A stretch of 64,000 nt of DNA. It comes from an uncultured Clostridia bacterium (GTDB taxonomy: Bacteria > Bacillota > Clostridia > Christensenellales > UBA1242). The position numbers and the translations under genes were made by a program. Below are positions 17,688 to 27,695 of the stretch, piece after piece. Below the pieces are notes generated by a model. The model was not told the origin of the DNA and ran no database searches. It saw nothing but the letters and a program-made list of their open reading frames with translations. The first letter of the stretch is position 1, and each line of letters starts with the position of its first letter. The DNA lies in contig CANBBP010000005.1 in NCBI GenBank assembly GCA_947366895.1, positions 1 to 64,000 on the forward strand, given 5' to 3'.

Positions 17688-20647
17688 TGGAAACAAAAGA
17701 AAAGAATTATGAAGCGTTCATTGAAAGATATTTAACCACTACAGGTGGCTATATAAAAGATAATGGTTCTGGTTATGACAATAAAATTGGAATAATTACA
17801 CCTGATTTATTTTCTTTTATTAAAACCACTCAACCTAAAGAATGGAAAAGGGTTCAGGATAGTCAAGGCTCTCAAGCAGAGATATATTTTATTGATAGAC
17901 TGAAGAAAAATATTGATGAATATGGATTTTTACATGTTTTACGCAACGGAATTAAACTGAATGGAGTTACAATAAAACTTATTTTCTTCAAGCCAGAGAC
18001 TGAAATCAATCCAGATAGTATCAAATTATATAATCAAAACATTTGCAAGCTTGTTCGTCAATTACACTATTCATATCTAAATAATAATAGTCTTGATACC
18101 GTGCTTTTTGTAAATGGTTTTCCAATTGCAACAATTGAATTGAAAAACGAGTTTACTGGACAAACTTGTCAAGATGCTATACGACAATACAAATACGATA
18201 GGGACCCAAATGAAGTTATATTTCAATTTAATAAAAGGTCTTTAGTGCATTTCGCAGTTGATTTGCAAGAAGTATATATGACAACAAAATTGAATAGTAC
18301 ATCAACAAAATTTTTGCCATTTAACCAAGGCTCAAATGGTGCAGGTAAAGTTGGTGGTAAGGGTAATCCAATAAATGAAAATGGTTTTGCAACTGCTTAT
18401 TTGTGGGAGAATGTTTTAAATAAAGATAGTCTTTTTGATATATTAAATAAATATATACAATTGGAAGTTAAGAAAAACAAAAAAACTGGCGAAATTAAAA
18501 AGACTTTGATTTTCCCTAGATATCATCAGTTGGATGTTGTAAGAAAGTTAATAGCAGATGCAAAAGCAAATGGTGCTGGAAAAAATTATTTAATTCAACA
18601 TAGTGCAGGAAGTGGAAAAAGTAATAGTATTGCATGGCTTGCTTATCGTCTTGCAACTTTACATGACAGTAATGATAATACAATTTTTGATAGCGTAGTG
18701 GTTATTACAGACAGAAGAGTTCTTGACCAACAACTTCAAGATAATATCTATCAGTTTGAGCATACTCTAGGCTTTATAGAAAAAATTGACAAGAACAAAA
18801 CCAGCCAAGATTTATTGAAAGCAATAAATGCGGGCAAAAAAATAATAATTACAACATTACAAAAATTTCCTATTATTTATAAAGACATTGAATCTCAACA
18901 TAAGCATTTTGCAGTTATAATAGATGAGGCTCATTCATCTCAGACTGGTAATAGTGCAAAAAAACTTAAAGCTGGTTTAGGAGATTTGGAAGAAGCAATA
19001 AAAATTGAGAATGAACTGGAACAAAAAACCTCTGAAGATGAAGATAAATTGCTTTTTGAACTTGCAAGTCAGGGAAAACAAAAAAATCTATCATTCTTTG
19101 CTTTTACTGCAACTCCAAAAGCCAAAACTCTTCAAATATTTGGAACAAAAACTGAAGAAGGTAAATTTGTTCCCTTCCATATATATTCAATGCAACAGGC
19201 AATTGAAGAAGGCTTTATTTTAGATGTTTTGCAAAATTATATGACTTATAGCACATTTTATAAGTTGGTTAAAAAGACAAATGAAGACCCTGAATTTGAT
19301 GCTAGTAAAGGAATTAAAGAACTTGTAAGGTTTGAGACTTTGCATCCTACCAACATATCTCAAAAAACAGCAATTATTATAGAGCAATTTTTAAACACAA
19401 CCGCCAACAAAATAAACGGAAAAGCAAAAGCTATGGTTGTTACTCCATCGAGATTGCATGCGGTAAAATATGTAAATGCTTTTAAAGAATATATTAAAAA
19501 GATATCTATGGAAGACAAAATTAAGGTGTTAGTTGCCTTTTCTGGCGAAGTTTTTGACCCTGACACAAAAGAGACTTATACGGAGCCAGGGATAAATAAG
19601 ATAAGCGAAAGCCAATTGCCTGAAGCTTTTGAAGAAGAATACAATGTATTAATAGTTGCTGAAAAATATCAAACAGGATTTGACCAACCATTGCTCCATA
19701 CGATGTTTGTTGATAAAAAACTTTCTGGAATAAAAGCTGTTCAAACTCTTTCACGACTTAATAGAATCTGTGAAGGTAAAACTGATACTTTCGTTTTGGA
19801 CTTTGTAAATAAAGCTGAAGATATACAAAATTCGTTCCAAGACTTTTACCAAGGCACTGTGTTGACAGAAGGTTTTGATGTTAATAATGTTTATGATATT
19901 TATGGCAGATTGGAGGCATATAAACTGGCTGATATAAATGACATAAATGGATTCGCTGAATTATATTATTCAAATTCTGAAGATATGGGTAAATTAAGCT
20001 CTTATTTGTATAGGGCAAAAGAAAAATATATTGTTCTTGAAAAGAATGATAAACACGAATTTAAATCTATTATGCAAGCATTTTTACGAAATTATAATTT
20101 CGTTACTCAAGTAACTCGTATGAATGATAAAGAATTGCAATCGGCATACATTTATTATAAATATCTAAATCAGTTTCTTCCAAAAGACAACGCCAAATCA
20201 GTAGATGTTAAAGATTTAGTCGAGTTAGAGTTCTATAAGCTTGAAAAGAAGTTTGAAGGAAGCATAACTCTTACAAAAGAACAAGCCGAAATTGAGCCTC
20301 CTACTGGAAATATCGGCAAAAAAGGTGAAACGGCAAAGAGTAAATTGAGCGAAATTATCAATAAAATTAATCAAAAGTATCAGACAAAGTTCACGAATAT
20401 GGATAAAGTCTTTGAGCAAATCGAAAACGATTATTTAAATGATGATAGAATGAAAGCATTTGCTAAAAACAACGAAGAAAAAGCATTTAAAAAAGTTTAT
20501 GATATCGAGTTTGAAAACAAAGCGATACAAAGATATGAGCAAAATAGCGAATTATTTAAGATTTTATTTACTGACGAAGAATTTATGAATGATATTAAAT
20601 CAGCTTTATTTAAAGCAATTTATAGTAAATTAAAACAATCTCAATAA
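17678..20647 (+). CDS. hsdR: Type I restriction enzyme, restriction (helicase-nuclease) subunit
   Basis: 989 aa. Helicase motif I AGSGKSNS and motif II DEAH (AVIIDEAHSSQTG). Size and operon context fit a type I R subunit. Confidence 0.85.
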   Translation: MYLMETKEKNYEAFIERYLTTTGGYIKDNGSGYDNKIGIITPDLFSFIKTTQPKEWKRVQDSQGSQAEIYFIDRLKKNIDEYGFLHVLRNGIKLNGVTIKLIFFKPETEINPDSIKLYNQNICKLVRQLHYSYLNNNSLDTVLFVNGFPIATIELKNEFTGQTCQDAIRQYKYDRDPNEVIFQFNKRSLVHFAVDLQEVYMTTKLNSTSTKFLPFNQGSNGAGKVGGKGNPINENGFATAYLWENVLNKDSLFDILNKYIQLEVKKNKKTGEIKKTLIFPRYHQLDVVRKLIADAKANGAGKNYLIQHSAGSGKSNSIAWLAYRLATLHDSNDNTIFDSVVVITDRRVLDQQLQDNIYQFEHTLGFIEKIDKNKTSQDLLKAINAGKKIIITTLQKFPIIYKDIESQHKHFAVIIDEAHSSQTGNSAKKLKAGLGDLEEAIKIENELEQKTSEDEDKLLFELASQGKQKNLSFFAFTATPKAKTLQIFGTKTEEGKFVPFHIYSMQQAIEEGFILDVLQNYMTYSTFYKLVKKTNEDPEFDASKGIKELVRFETLHPTNISQKTAIIIEQFLNTTANKINGKAKAMVVTPSRLHAVKYVNAFKEYIKKISMEDKIKVLVAFSGEVFDPDTKETYTEPGINKISESQLPEAFEEEYNVLIVAEKYQTGFDQPLLHTMFVDKKLSGIKAVQTLSRLNRICEGKTDTFVLDFVNKAEDIQNSFQDFYQGTVLTEGFDVNNVYDIYGRLEAYKLADINDINGFAELYYSNSEDMGKLSSYLYRAKEKYIVLEKNDKHEFKSIMQAFLRNYNFVTQVTRMNDKELQSAYIYYKYLNQFLPKDNAKSVDVKDLVELEFYKLEKKFEGSITLTKEQAEIEPPTGNIGKKGETAKSKLSEIINKINQKYQTKFTNMDKVFEQIENDYLNDDRMKAFAKNNEEKAFKKVYDIEFENKAIQRYEQNSELFKILFTDEEFMNDIKSALFKAIYSKLKQSQ

Positions 20648-20660
20648 ATCTTTTAATAAA

Positions 20661-20692
20661 AAAGACATACTAAATAAATAGTATGTCTTTTT
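20661..20692 (+). terminator. Rho-independent terminator after hsdR
   Basis: Stem gacatact / agtatgtc, loop aaataaat, then ttttt. Confidence 0.75.
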
Positions 20693-20805
20693 CGCTAGTT
20701 TCAAAGTTTATAACCTATATAACTTTATTTTTTTTGTTAAGTTTTATTTAATAAGTAAAGTTAAAAATAATTGAAAAATGCAAGAAGTTATGATATAGTT
20801 TTTAT

Positions 20806-23800
20806 ATGCAAAATATATTTATAGGAAAAACAAATATTGATTGTGTTACAAGTTTAATAGAAAAATTAAAACAAAATTATTTAACAAATAAAAATGCACA
20901 TCATATTTTTATAGTACCAGATAGAGTATCTGTTTTAACGGAGATTAAAATATTTGAAGCTCTTAATATTGAAAGTACTTGCTCAATAGAGGTTCAAACT
21001 TTATCAAGAATTGCTTCACAGGTTGTTGATAATGTAAGAGTTATTCCTAAAACTTCTAGTTGTATGCTTTTTCAAAAACTTTTAAAACAATATAGAAATG
21101 ATTTAAAATGTTTTAATAAAAAGATAGATATTGATTTAGCTTCAACATTATATAAAACAATCAGCCAGTTTAAGAGTTGTAAAATTGCTCCTGAGGAAGT
21201 AAATGTAACAACTCAAAATAAACTATTAGAAGATAAATTAAACGATATTGCTATTCTTTATTCTGCCTATCAAAGACACTTAAGAGAAAATGAATTGCTT
21301 GACAGCATGGATAGACTTGATTTTGTAATAGATAAAATTTCACAAAATGAAAAGATAAAAAATAGTTTTGTATATATAGGTTTTTTTGATGCTTTTACTT
21401 TGCAAGGTTATCAAATTATAAGTGGCATTATTAATAGTTGTATAGAATTTAATATAGGCTTAACCAGCACCGATAATAGTATTAATGAACATATTTATGA
21501 TAATGCTTTAAAAGATAATATTTTAAAAATTATGGAGGCACAAAATAAAGAACCTAATATAATTTTTTGTAAAGAAAATGTTAGCGGTCAATTTAAGTAT
21601 TTGCAAGATAATTTATATGGCTTTAATTATTATCCATTAAAGTTAAAAGAAAGTAATATTCGCTTATTTGAAGGAAAAACATTTGAAGAAGAAGTTTTAT
21701 TTTGTTGTAGTAATATCAAAAATTTAATTGAAAGTGGAAAATATAAGTTTAAAGATTTTGTTGTGGCTGTTCCTAATTTATTGGAAAAACATAATGAAAT
21801 AGAAAGAATTTTTAATTCTTATAATTTTAATTTTTATATAGATATTTCTGAAAATCTTGCTAATAGTATTCTTGTTAGATTTATTGACCAACTTGTTCAA
21901 GTTGTGTTAGAAAACTTTTCAAGGGTTAGTGTATTATCGTTTATAAAAAATAAATTATTAAATTTGGATTATAATGATATTGAAGATTTTGAAGATTACA
22001 TAATTAAATATAATTTAAATAATGGTTATCAAATAAAAAATAGTAAAATAGAAAACAGCAAATTTTATTCAGGTTTTAATAATTGTAGAAATGCTTTATT
22101 TGATATGACTAGCGAATTTATTGATGATATTAAAAATAGTAAAACCTATAATGATTTTATTTTGAGTTTAGAGAAAATTCTTTTAAAATTAAACATACCT
22201 GAAAAACTTGTTGATTATACTATTTATTACACAAGTATAAATAATATTAAACAGGCCAAATTATTTGAGCAATATTATAATAATTTAACAACCGTTTTAG
22301 ATTCATTGCGAGAAATTCTTGGCAATGAGGAATGTGATTTTAAATTGTTTTATTCCACTTTACTAAGTGGAATAAGTGAAACAAAAATTTCGACTCCACC
22401 TTTATCTACAAATGCTATATTTATAGGTGATGCAAGTACTAGCTTTTTTGATAATTCCAAAGTTTATTTTATTCTTAATGCTGATGAAAAAAGTTTTCCT
22501 TTTTCTATGAATGATTGTGGTATTATTAGTGATAAAGAGATAAATCAATTAAATGATTATTACAAACTTGAACCTAGTATACAAAGTATAAATAGCAAAG
22601 AAAGATTTAAAAGTTTTGAACTTATATTAAAAGCAAAAGAAAAGTTATTTATAAGTTATAATTTTAGTGTTTCACCAAAAAGTAAAATATTAGATGATAT
22701 ATCTAAAATGTTTATAATTGAAGAAAGCAATAATAAATTTAAAACTTTACAATTAGATAATTATAATAGACAAGATTTTTATGTTATTAATAACAATTTA
22801 TCTACTGCAAGTAATAATCTTATTTCTAAACTTCGTGAAGTTTATGATGGCAAAGGTGATGCAGATGAAAAGGTTGCTATTTTATTTAATGCTGTAAATA
22901 GAACTAAAAAGGTTGTTGACCTTAAAAAGTTTGACTTTAAAAATATTATAAATTTAAGTAATAATGTTTTTTTTACAAAAGATAGCATAAGTGTCTCACA
23001 GGTAGAAAATTATATGACCTGTCCGTTTATTCATTTTGTGCGATTTGGTTTAAATTTAAAAGAAAAAGATATAGGAGAATTGGATAACTTAAATATCGGA
23101 AATATATTACACAATGTAGCAAAGGTATTTATTGATAATAATTCTTTACCATTAAAATCTGAAAAAGAGATAGGCGTTAATGTTGAAAAAGCATTTAATG
23201 AAGTTATAAATAGAGATGTTTATGAAAGTGTAAAAAATAATTTATTAAATAAAGTATTAATAAAAAATCTTTTAAGTGAGGCTAAAAGATTTTGTAGTAT
23301 TTTAAATTATCAAGCAAAGTTTTCTTCCTTTAAATCTTTTAAAACGGAGATTAGATTTGATGATAATGGTATTATAAAAAGTTTAAAAATTAATTTGGGA
23401 AATCGTATATTAAAGTTAGTTGGACAAGTTGATAGAATTGATGTGTTTGAAGATTATTTTAGAATTATAGATTATAAAACAGGAAAGTGCGATACCTCTT
23501 TAAAAGAACTTTTCTTTGGTAAAAAAGTTCAGTTAGAAGCTTATTTAAAAGTAATAGAAAGTAGTTTAAAGTTAAAACCTGCAGGTGCTTATTATATGCC
23601 TGTAAAAAGTGGTATTGCAGATGAAAATAGTTCTTTGCAATTAAAGTATCAATTAAAAGGTAGAACCATTGATAATGAAAAAATAATTGTTGCTAGCGAT
23701 AATAGATTAGCAGGTGAAGAACTTACAAGCGACATTATAGACATAAAGTATAATAAAAAAGATGAAAAAGAAGAAAAAAAATTAAGTGCTTATTCTAAAG

Positions 23801-24057
23801 TTATAAATAGTAAGGATATTGAAACACTATCAAATTATGCCATAAATTTAATATCAAAAACCTGCAAAGATATTTTAGCTTTAAATATTACTCCGAGTCC
23901 TCTAGTTTTAGGAAGTGACAACCCATGTAAAAATTGCAGTTATATTGGCCTTTGTAGATTTGATGAAAAGTGTGGCAACATAAAAAGACAACCAACAGCA
24001 AAAATTTCAATACAAAATTTTATTAAACATAATGATGAAGAAATAGTAAAAGGATAA
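20806..24057 (+). CDS. addB: ATP-dependent helicase/nuclease subunit B (AddB/RexB-type)
   Basis: 1083 aa. C-terminal nuclease region with Fe-S-cluster-type cysteines (CPFIHFVRFGL ... CKNCSYIGLC). It immediately precedes addA. Confidence 0.8.
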   Translation: MQNIFIGKTNIDCVTSLIEKLKQNYLTNKNAHHIFIVPDRVSVLTEIKIFEALNIESTCSIEVQTLSRIASQVVDNVRVIPKTSSCMLFQKLLKQYRNDLKCFNKKIDIDLASTLYKTISQFKSCKIAPEEVNVTTQNKLLEDKLNDIAILYSAYQRHLRENELLDSMDRLDFVIDKISQNEKIKNSFVYIGFFDAFTLQGYQIISGIINSCIEFNIGLTSTDNSINEHIYDNALKDNILKIMEAQNKEPNIIFCKENVSGQFKYLQDNLYGFNYYPLKLKESNIRLFEGKTFEEEVLFCCSNIKNLIESGKYKFKDFVVAVPNLLEKHNEIERIFNSYNFNFYIDISENLANSILVRFIDQLVQVVLENFSRVSVLSFIKNKLLNLDYNDIEDFEDYIIKYNLNNGYQIKNSKIENSKFYSGFNNCRNALFDMTSEFIDDIKNSKTYNDFILSLEKILLKLNIPEKLVDYTIYYTSINNIKQAKLFEQYYNNLTTVLDSLREILGNEECDFKLFYSTLLSGISETKISTPPLSTNAIFIGDASTSFFDNSKVYFILNADEKSFPFSMNDCGIISDKEINQLNDYYKLEPSIQSINSKERFKSFELILKAKEKLFISYNFSVSPKSKILDDISKMFIIEESNNKFKTLQLDNYNRQDFYVINNNLSTASNNLISKLREVYDGKGDADEKVAILFNAVNRTKKVVDLKKFDFKNIINLSNNVFFTKDSISVSQVENYMTCPFIHFVRFGLNLKEKDIGELDNLNIGNILHNVAKVFIDNNSLPLKSEKEIGVNVEKAFNEVINRDVYESVKNNLLNKVLIKNLLSEAKRFCSILNYQAKFSSFKSFKTEIRFDDNGIIKSLKINLGNRILKLVGQVDRIDVFEDYFRIIDYKTGKCDTSLKELFFGKKVQLEAYLKVIESSLKLKPAGAYYMPVKSGIADENSSLQLKYQLKGRTIDNEKIIVASDNRLAGEELTSDIIDIKYNKKDEKEEKKLSAYSKVINSKDIETLSNYAINLISKTCKDILALNITPSPLVLGSDNPCKNCSYIGLCRFDEKCGNIKRQPTAKISIQNFIKHNDEEIVKG

Positions 24058-24061
24058 GTTT

Positions 24062-27000
24062 ATGGCAAGTAATTTCACCCCTACCAAACATCAACAAGAG
24101 GTTCTAGATAATAAAAGTAATAATTTACTTGTTTCTGCTTCTGCTGGTAGTGGAAAGACAGCAACTATTATACAAAAGATTTTAAATCTTATTACAAAAG
24201 ATCATATAGATATTCAGGAACTTTTAGTTATAACTTTTACTGAGGCTTCAAGTCTTGAAATGAAAATTAGGCTTAAAGAAAAACTTTTTGAGTATGCAGG
24301 TAAGAATATAGAACTTAGTAATCAAATAGATAAAATACCAACAAGTGATATTAGTACTATTCACTCATTTTGTTCTAAGTGTATAAGAAAGTATTTTTTT
24401 GAGTTAGGACTTAATCCTAATTTTATAGTTCTAGATGCTAATAATTCTAATTTTTTAAAAGGAACAGCAATTAATAGAGTTATTGAAGATTATTCTATTA
24501 AACAAGATGATGAATTTGTTTTGCTTTCTCAAATATTTGGTGGCGGAAGAAATTTTTCAGGGTTAAAAGAAAATGTTCTTAATCTTTATGAATTTTTTTG
24601 CTCTGTAGAAGATAGAGAAGATTATATAAAAAATATTGCAAAACTTTGTTATGAAGAAGATTTACATAAAAATAAAGCTTGTGAAATGTTAAATAGTTAT
24701 TTATTATCTAATATATATTTTATTACTTTGTCATTAAAAGATTATTGTATTCAAGCACAAGTAAATAACGCAGATTATTTTGTTCAATTTATAACCTTAT
24801 TACAAACACAATTTGAAGCCATTAGTTATAAGAAAGATTTTTTAAAAAATAGACAAGAGATATTAAAAACTGAATTACCTTTAATAACAAAGAAAAAATT
24901 ATCAGAGGATAATAATTCCTTTAAAGAACAATTTAAACCTTTTTATGATGATGTTAAAAAGATAGTTCAAGATTTAAAGAAAATTGTTATTGATAGACCA
25001 ATAGAAGATTTATCAAACGATTTAAAAAATACAAAAAAAGTAATTGATAAATTTTTAGAGATTGAAAATGAATTTGAAAAACATTATGATGATTTAAAAC
25101 AAAAGAGAAATGCTTTAGATTTTAACGACTTAGAAAAATATTTTTTAAGGTTATTAAAAAATGAAGATATTAGAAAGGCTATATCTGAAACTTATAAATA
25201 TATTTTTGTTGATGAGTATCAAGATATAAATAATATTCAAGAACTTATTCTTAGCAATTTAACTATGAACAATAATATGGTTATGGTGGGGGACATTAAA
25301 CAAAGTATTTATGGTTTTAGAAATAGTACTCCTACTATATTTGTAAATAAGAGTTTAGATTATTCTAATAATGCAGAAAGTGGAACATTAATAAACTTAA
25401 ATGAAAATTTTAGAAGTAATCCTAGTATATTATCGTTTGTAAATGAAATTTTTAATAAATGTATGTCACAAGATTTTGGCGGTGTTGATTATATTCAAAA
25501 TGGTCAATTACAAGGCATGACTGAATATAAGAAGGTAAACGATATTCCTATTATTAATTTACATTTAATTAATACTAAAAAAGATGATAGTGATTTAGAT
25601 GAATTAGAAGAAGAATATTCTTATCCATATAGTGTACTAGAAGATAAAAATTCATATTTTACTAAATTTACTATGGCAAGAAAAGAGGCAATGATTATTG
25701 CTAAGGAAATATTAAATATTGTTGGTAAAGACTATTATGATGCTAAGAGTGGTGAAACAAAAAAAATTACATTTGGTGATATTGCTATACTATCAAGAAA
25801 AAATGAGTTTTTAAAACAAGTGGCTAATGTTTTAATGGAATATAAAATACCTATCACTTTAAATAGTAATGATAATATTTATAAAGACAGTGATATTATT
25901 GCTATTCTTAGCATTTTAAAAATAGTAAATAATTTTCATGATGATTTGGCTTTAAGTACTTCTTTAACCAGTTTTATTGCTGAAGTTACTTTTGATGAAC
26001 TTGCAATTATAAGAAATAAGTATTCAGAATGTGACTTTTTTTATGAAAGTGTAAAACTTTATTTTGAAAATGAAAGTGATAAACTACAAAGTAAATTAAA
26101 GAGTTTTATTGAAATTATTAATTTATTAAGAGATAAATTGGTATATTGTTCGATATATGAAATCTTAAATTTTTTACAAACTAAATATGATTTTTTATCA
26201 GGTATCAAAATGTTGCCTAATGGTGAAGATAGATACAACACGGTTAAAAAATTTATTGATAGTTTTGAAAAAGCTGAATATAATTATGACCTTTCAAGAT
26301 ATTTAGATTTTGTTGAAAATTACGCAAAGGATACAGAAAGCCCTTCCACTTTAGCTACAAATCCAAACAGTATAAAGATGGGAACTATTCATTCATCAAA
26401 AGGGTTAGAGTATCCAGTTGTATTTTTGGTGGGTATTGGTAAAAGTTTTTCAAATACTACTTTTAGAAGTGAAATTTTAAAAGATAAAGATTATGGTTTG
26501 GGATTATATTATTATGACCTAGATAATAGTGAAAAATTTTCCACTCTTGCAAGAAATGCCATAACTATTAACTTAAAAAAACAGGAAAAAGCAGAAGAAT
26601 TAAGGTTACTGTATGTAGCATTAACTAGGGCTAAAAATCATTTAATTATTATTGGTAGTAAAAATTTAAATAATGTTATAAAAATAAATTCTATTAAAGA
26701 TGCACAGGCTGTTAATTCTTTTACTGAGTGGACTTTGGCTTCTCTTAGCGATTTGGCTTTTAACTCATTAAAACAGGGGAAAACTAATTTTACTGATAAA
26801 CATAAATTATTTAATATAGATGTTAATATTTATAATGATAGCTTTTTTGAAATGGGAAAAATAAATAAAGTAGATTTAAAATTAAATAATGTAACAGATA
26901 GCGATGTTAAAAAATTATTAAAATCGTTTGATTTTATTTTTGAAAAAAGCAACAATTTAGCTCTTAAAAATACAGTTTCAAGTATGTTACAAGAACATAA

Positions 27001-27562
27001 TGAAGAAGGTGTCTCATTAAATTTTGAGCCTAAGAAACTTGAAGTTAGTGAAAATAAAAAAGAGGGAATAGATGCCTCAAAACTTGGAACAATTTATCAT
27101 AACATTATGCAAAAGGTTGACTTTAATAACGTTCATGCAAGTAATAAAGATAATGTAGAAAAAATAATTGATAGTTTAAATATTGAACAAAAATATTTAA
27201 ATAAAGTTGATGTTAAAAAAATTATTAATTGTATAAATAAAATTCAAAATTTAAAAATTAAAAGTTCTTTAAAAGAACAACCTTTTTTAAGTTATTTACC
27301 TTATAATAAAATTTTTATTAAAAGTGATATTAAAGAAAAAATTATTATTCAAGGTGTAGCCGACTTAATAGTTGAAACAGAAGATGGTAAAATTCTTATA
27401 GACTACAAGACAACAAGAGCAAATACTAAAGACCAGTTGGTCGAAAAATATCAAGTTCAGTTAAAATTATATAAAGTATGCCTAGAAAAAGCCATGCAAA
27501 AAAATATTGATAAAGTTTATATTTATTCTTTTTGTTTTGATGATTTTATTGAAATTAAATAA
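24062..27562 (+). CDS. addA: ATP-dependent helicase/nuclease subunit A (UvrD-like helicase + C-terminal nuclease)
   Basis: Walker A SASAGSGKT near the N-terminus, UvrD-family motifs (VDEYQDIN), 1166 aa. Confidence 0.85.
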   Translation: MASNFTPTKHQQEVLDNKSNNLLVSASAGSGKTATIIQKILNLITKDHIDIQELLVITFTEASSLEMKIRLKEKLFEYAGKNIELSNQIDKIPTSDISTIHSFCSKCIRKYFFELGLNPNFIVLDANNSNFLKGTAINRVIEDYSIKQDDEFVLLSQIFGGGRNFSGLKENVLNLYEFFCSVEDREDYIKNIAKLCYEEDLHKNKACEMLNSYLLSNIYFITLSLKDYCIQAQVNNADYFVQFITLLQTQFEAISYKKDFLKNRQEILKTELPLITKKKLSEDNNSFKEQFKPFYDDVKKIVQDLKKIVIDRPIEDLSNDLKNTKKVIDKFLEIENEFEKHYDDLKQKRNALDFNDLEKYFLRLLKNEDIRKAISETYKYIFVDEYQDINNIQELILSNLTMNNNMVMVGDIKQSIYGFRNSTPTIFVNKSLDYSNNAESGTLINLNENFRSNPSILSFVNEIFNKCMSQDFGGVDYIQNGQLQGMTEYKKVNDIPIINLHLINTKKDDSDLDELEEEYSYPYSVLEDKNSYFTKFTMARKEAMIIAKEILNIVGKDYYDAKSGETKKITFGDIAILSRKNEFLKQVANVLMEYKIPITLNSNDNIYKDSDIIAILSILKIVNNFHDDLALSTSLTSFIAEVTFDELAIIRNKYSECDFFYESVKLYFENESDKLQSKLKSFIEIINLLRDKLVYCSIYEILNFLQTKYDFLSGIKMLPNGEDRYNTVKKFIDSFEKAEYNYDLSRYLDFVENYAKDTESPSTLATNPNSIKMGTIHSSKGLEYPVVFLVGIGKSFSNTTFRSEILKDKDYGLGLYYYDLDNSEKFSTLARNAITINLKKQEKAEELRLLYVALTRAKNHLIIIGSKNLNNVIKINSIKDAQAVNSFTEWTLASLSDLAFNSLKQGKTNFTDKHKLFNIDVNIYNDSFFEMGKINKVDLKLNNVTDSDVKKLLKSFDFIFEKSNNLALKNTVSSMLQEHNEEGVSLNFEPKKLEVSENKKEGIDASKLGTIYHNIMQKVDFNNVHASNKDNVEKIIDSLNIEQKYLNKVDVKKIINCINKIQNLKIKSSLKEQPFLSYLPYNKIFIKSDIKEKIIIQGVADLIVETEDGKILIDYKTTRANTKDQLVEKYQVQLKLYKVCLEKAMQKNIDKVYIYSFCFDDFIEIK

Positions 27563-27695
27563 ATTTAATTATAAATTTCAAAAAAAATAAATAAATTGTT
27601 TTTAAAATGTTTTTATTTATATTTTTTTCGTGATATACTACTTTAGTATTATTACTAAAACTATGTAATTTTTATCTTGGGTTAAGGAGAAAAGT

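Larger units (their letters stand above)
10608..20717. mobile_element. Putative ~10.1-kb integrated element or genomic island (serine recombinase + RCR Rep + origin-like hairpins + type I R-M), bounded by inverted repeats
   Basis: 13-bp perfect inverted repeat tttgaaactagcg (10628-10640) / cgctagtttcaaa (20693-20705), with an extended imperfect match including ggttata. A large serine recombinase gene sits next to the left end. The cargo is typical of a defence or mobilisable island, and housekeeping genes flank it. Confidence 0.55.
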
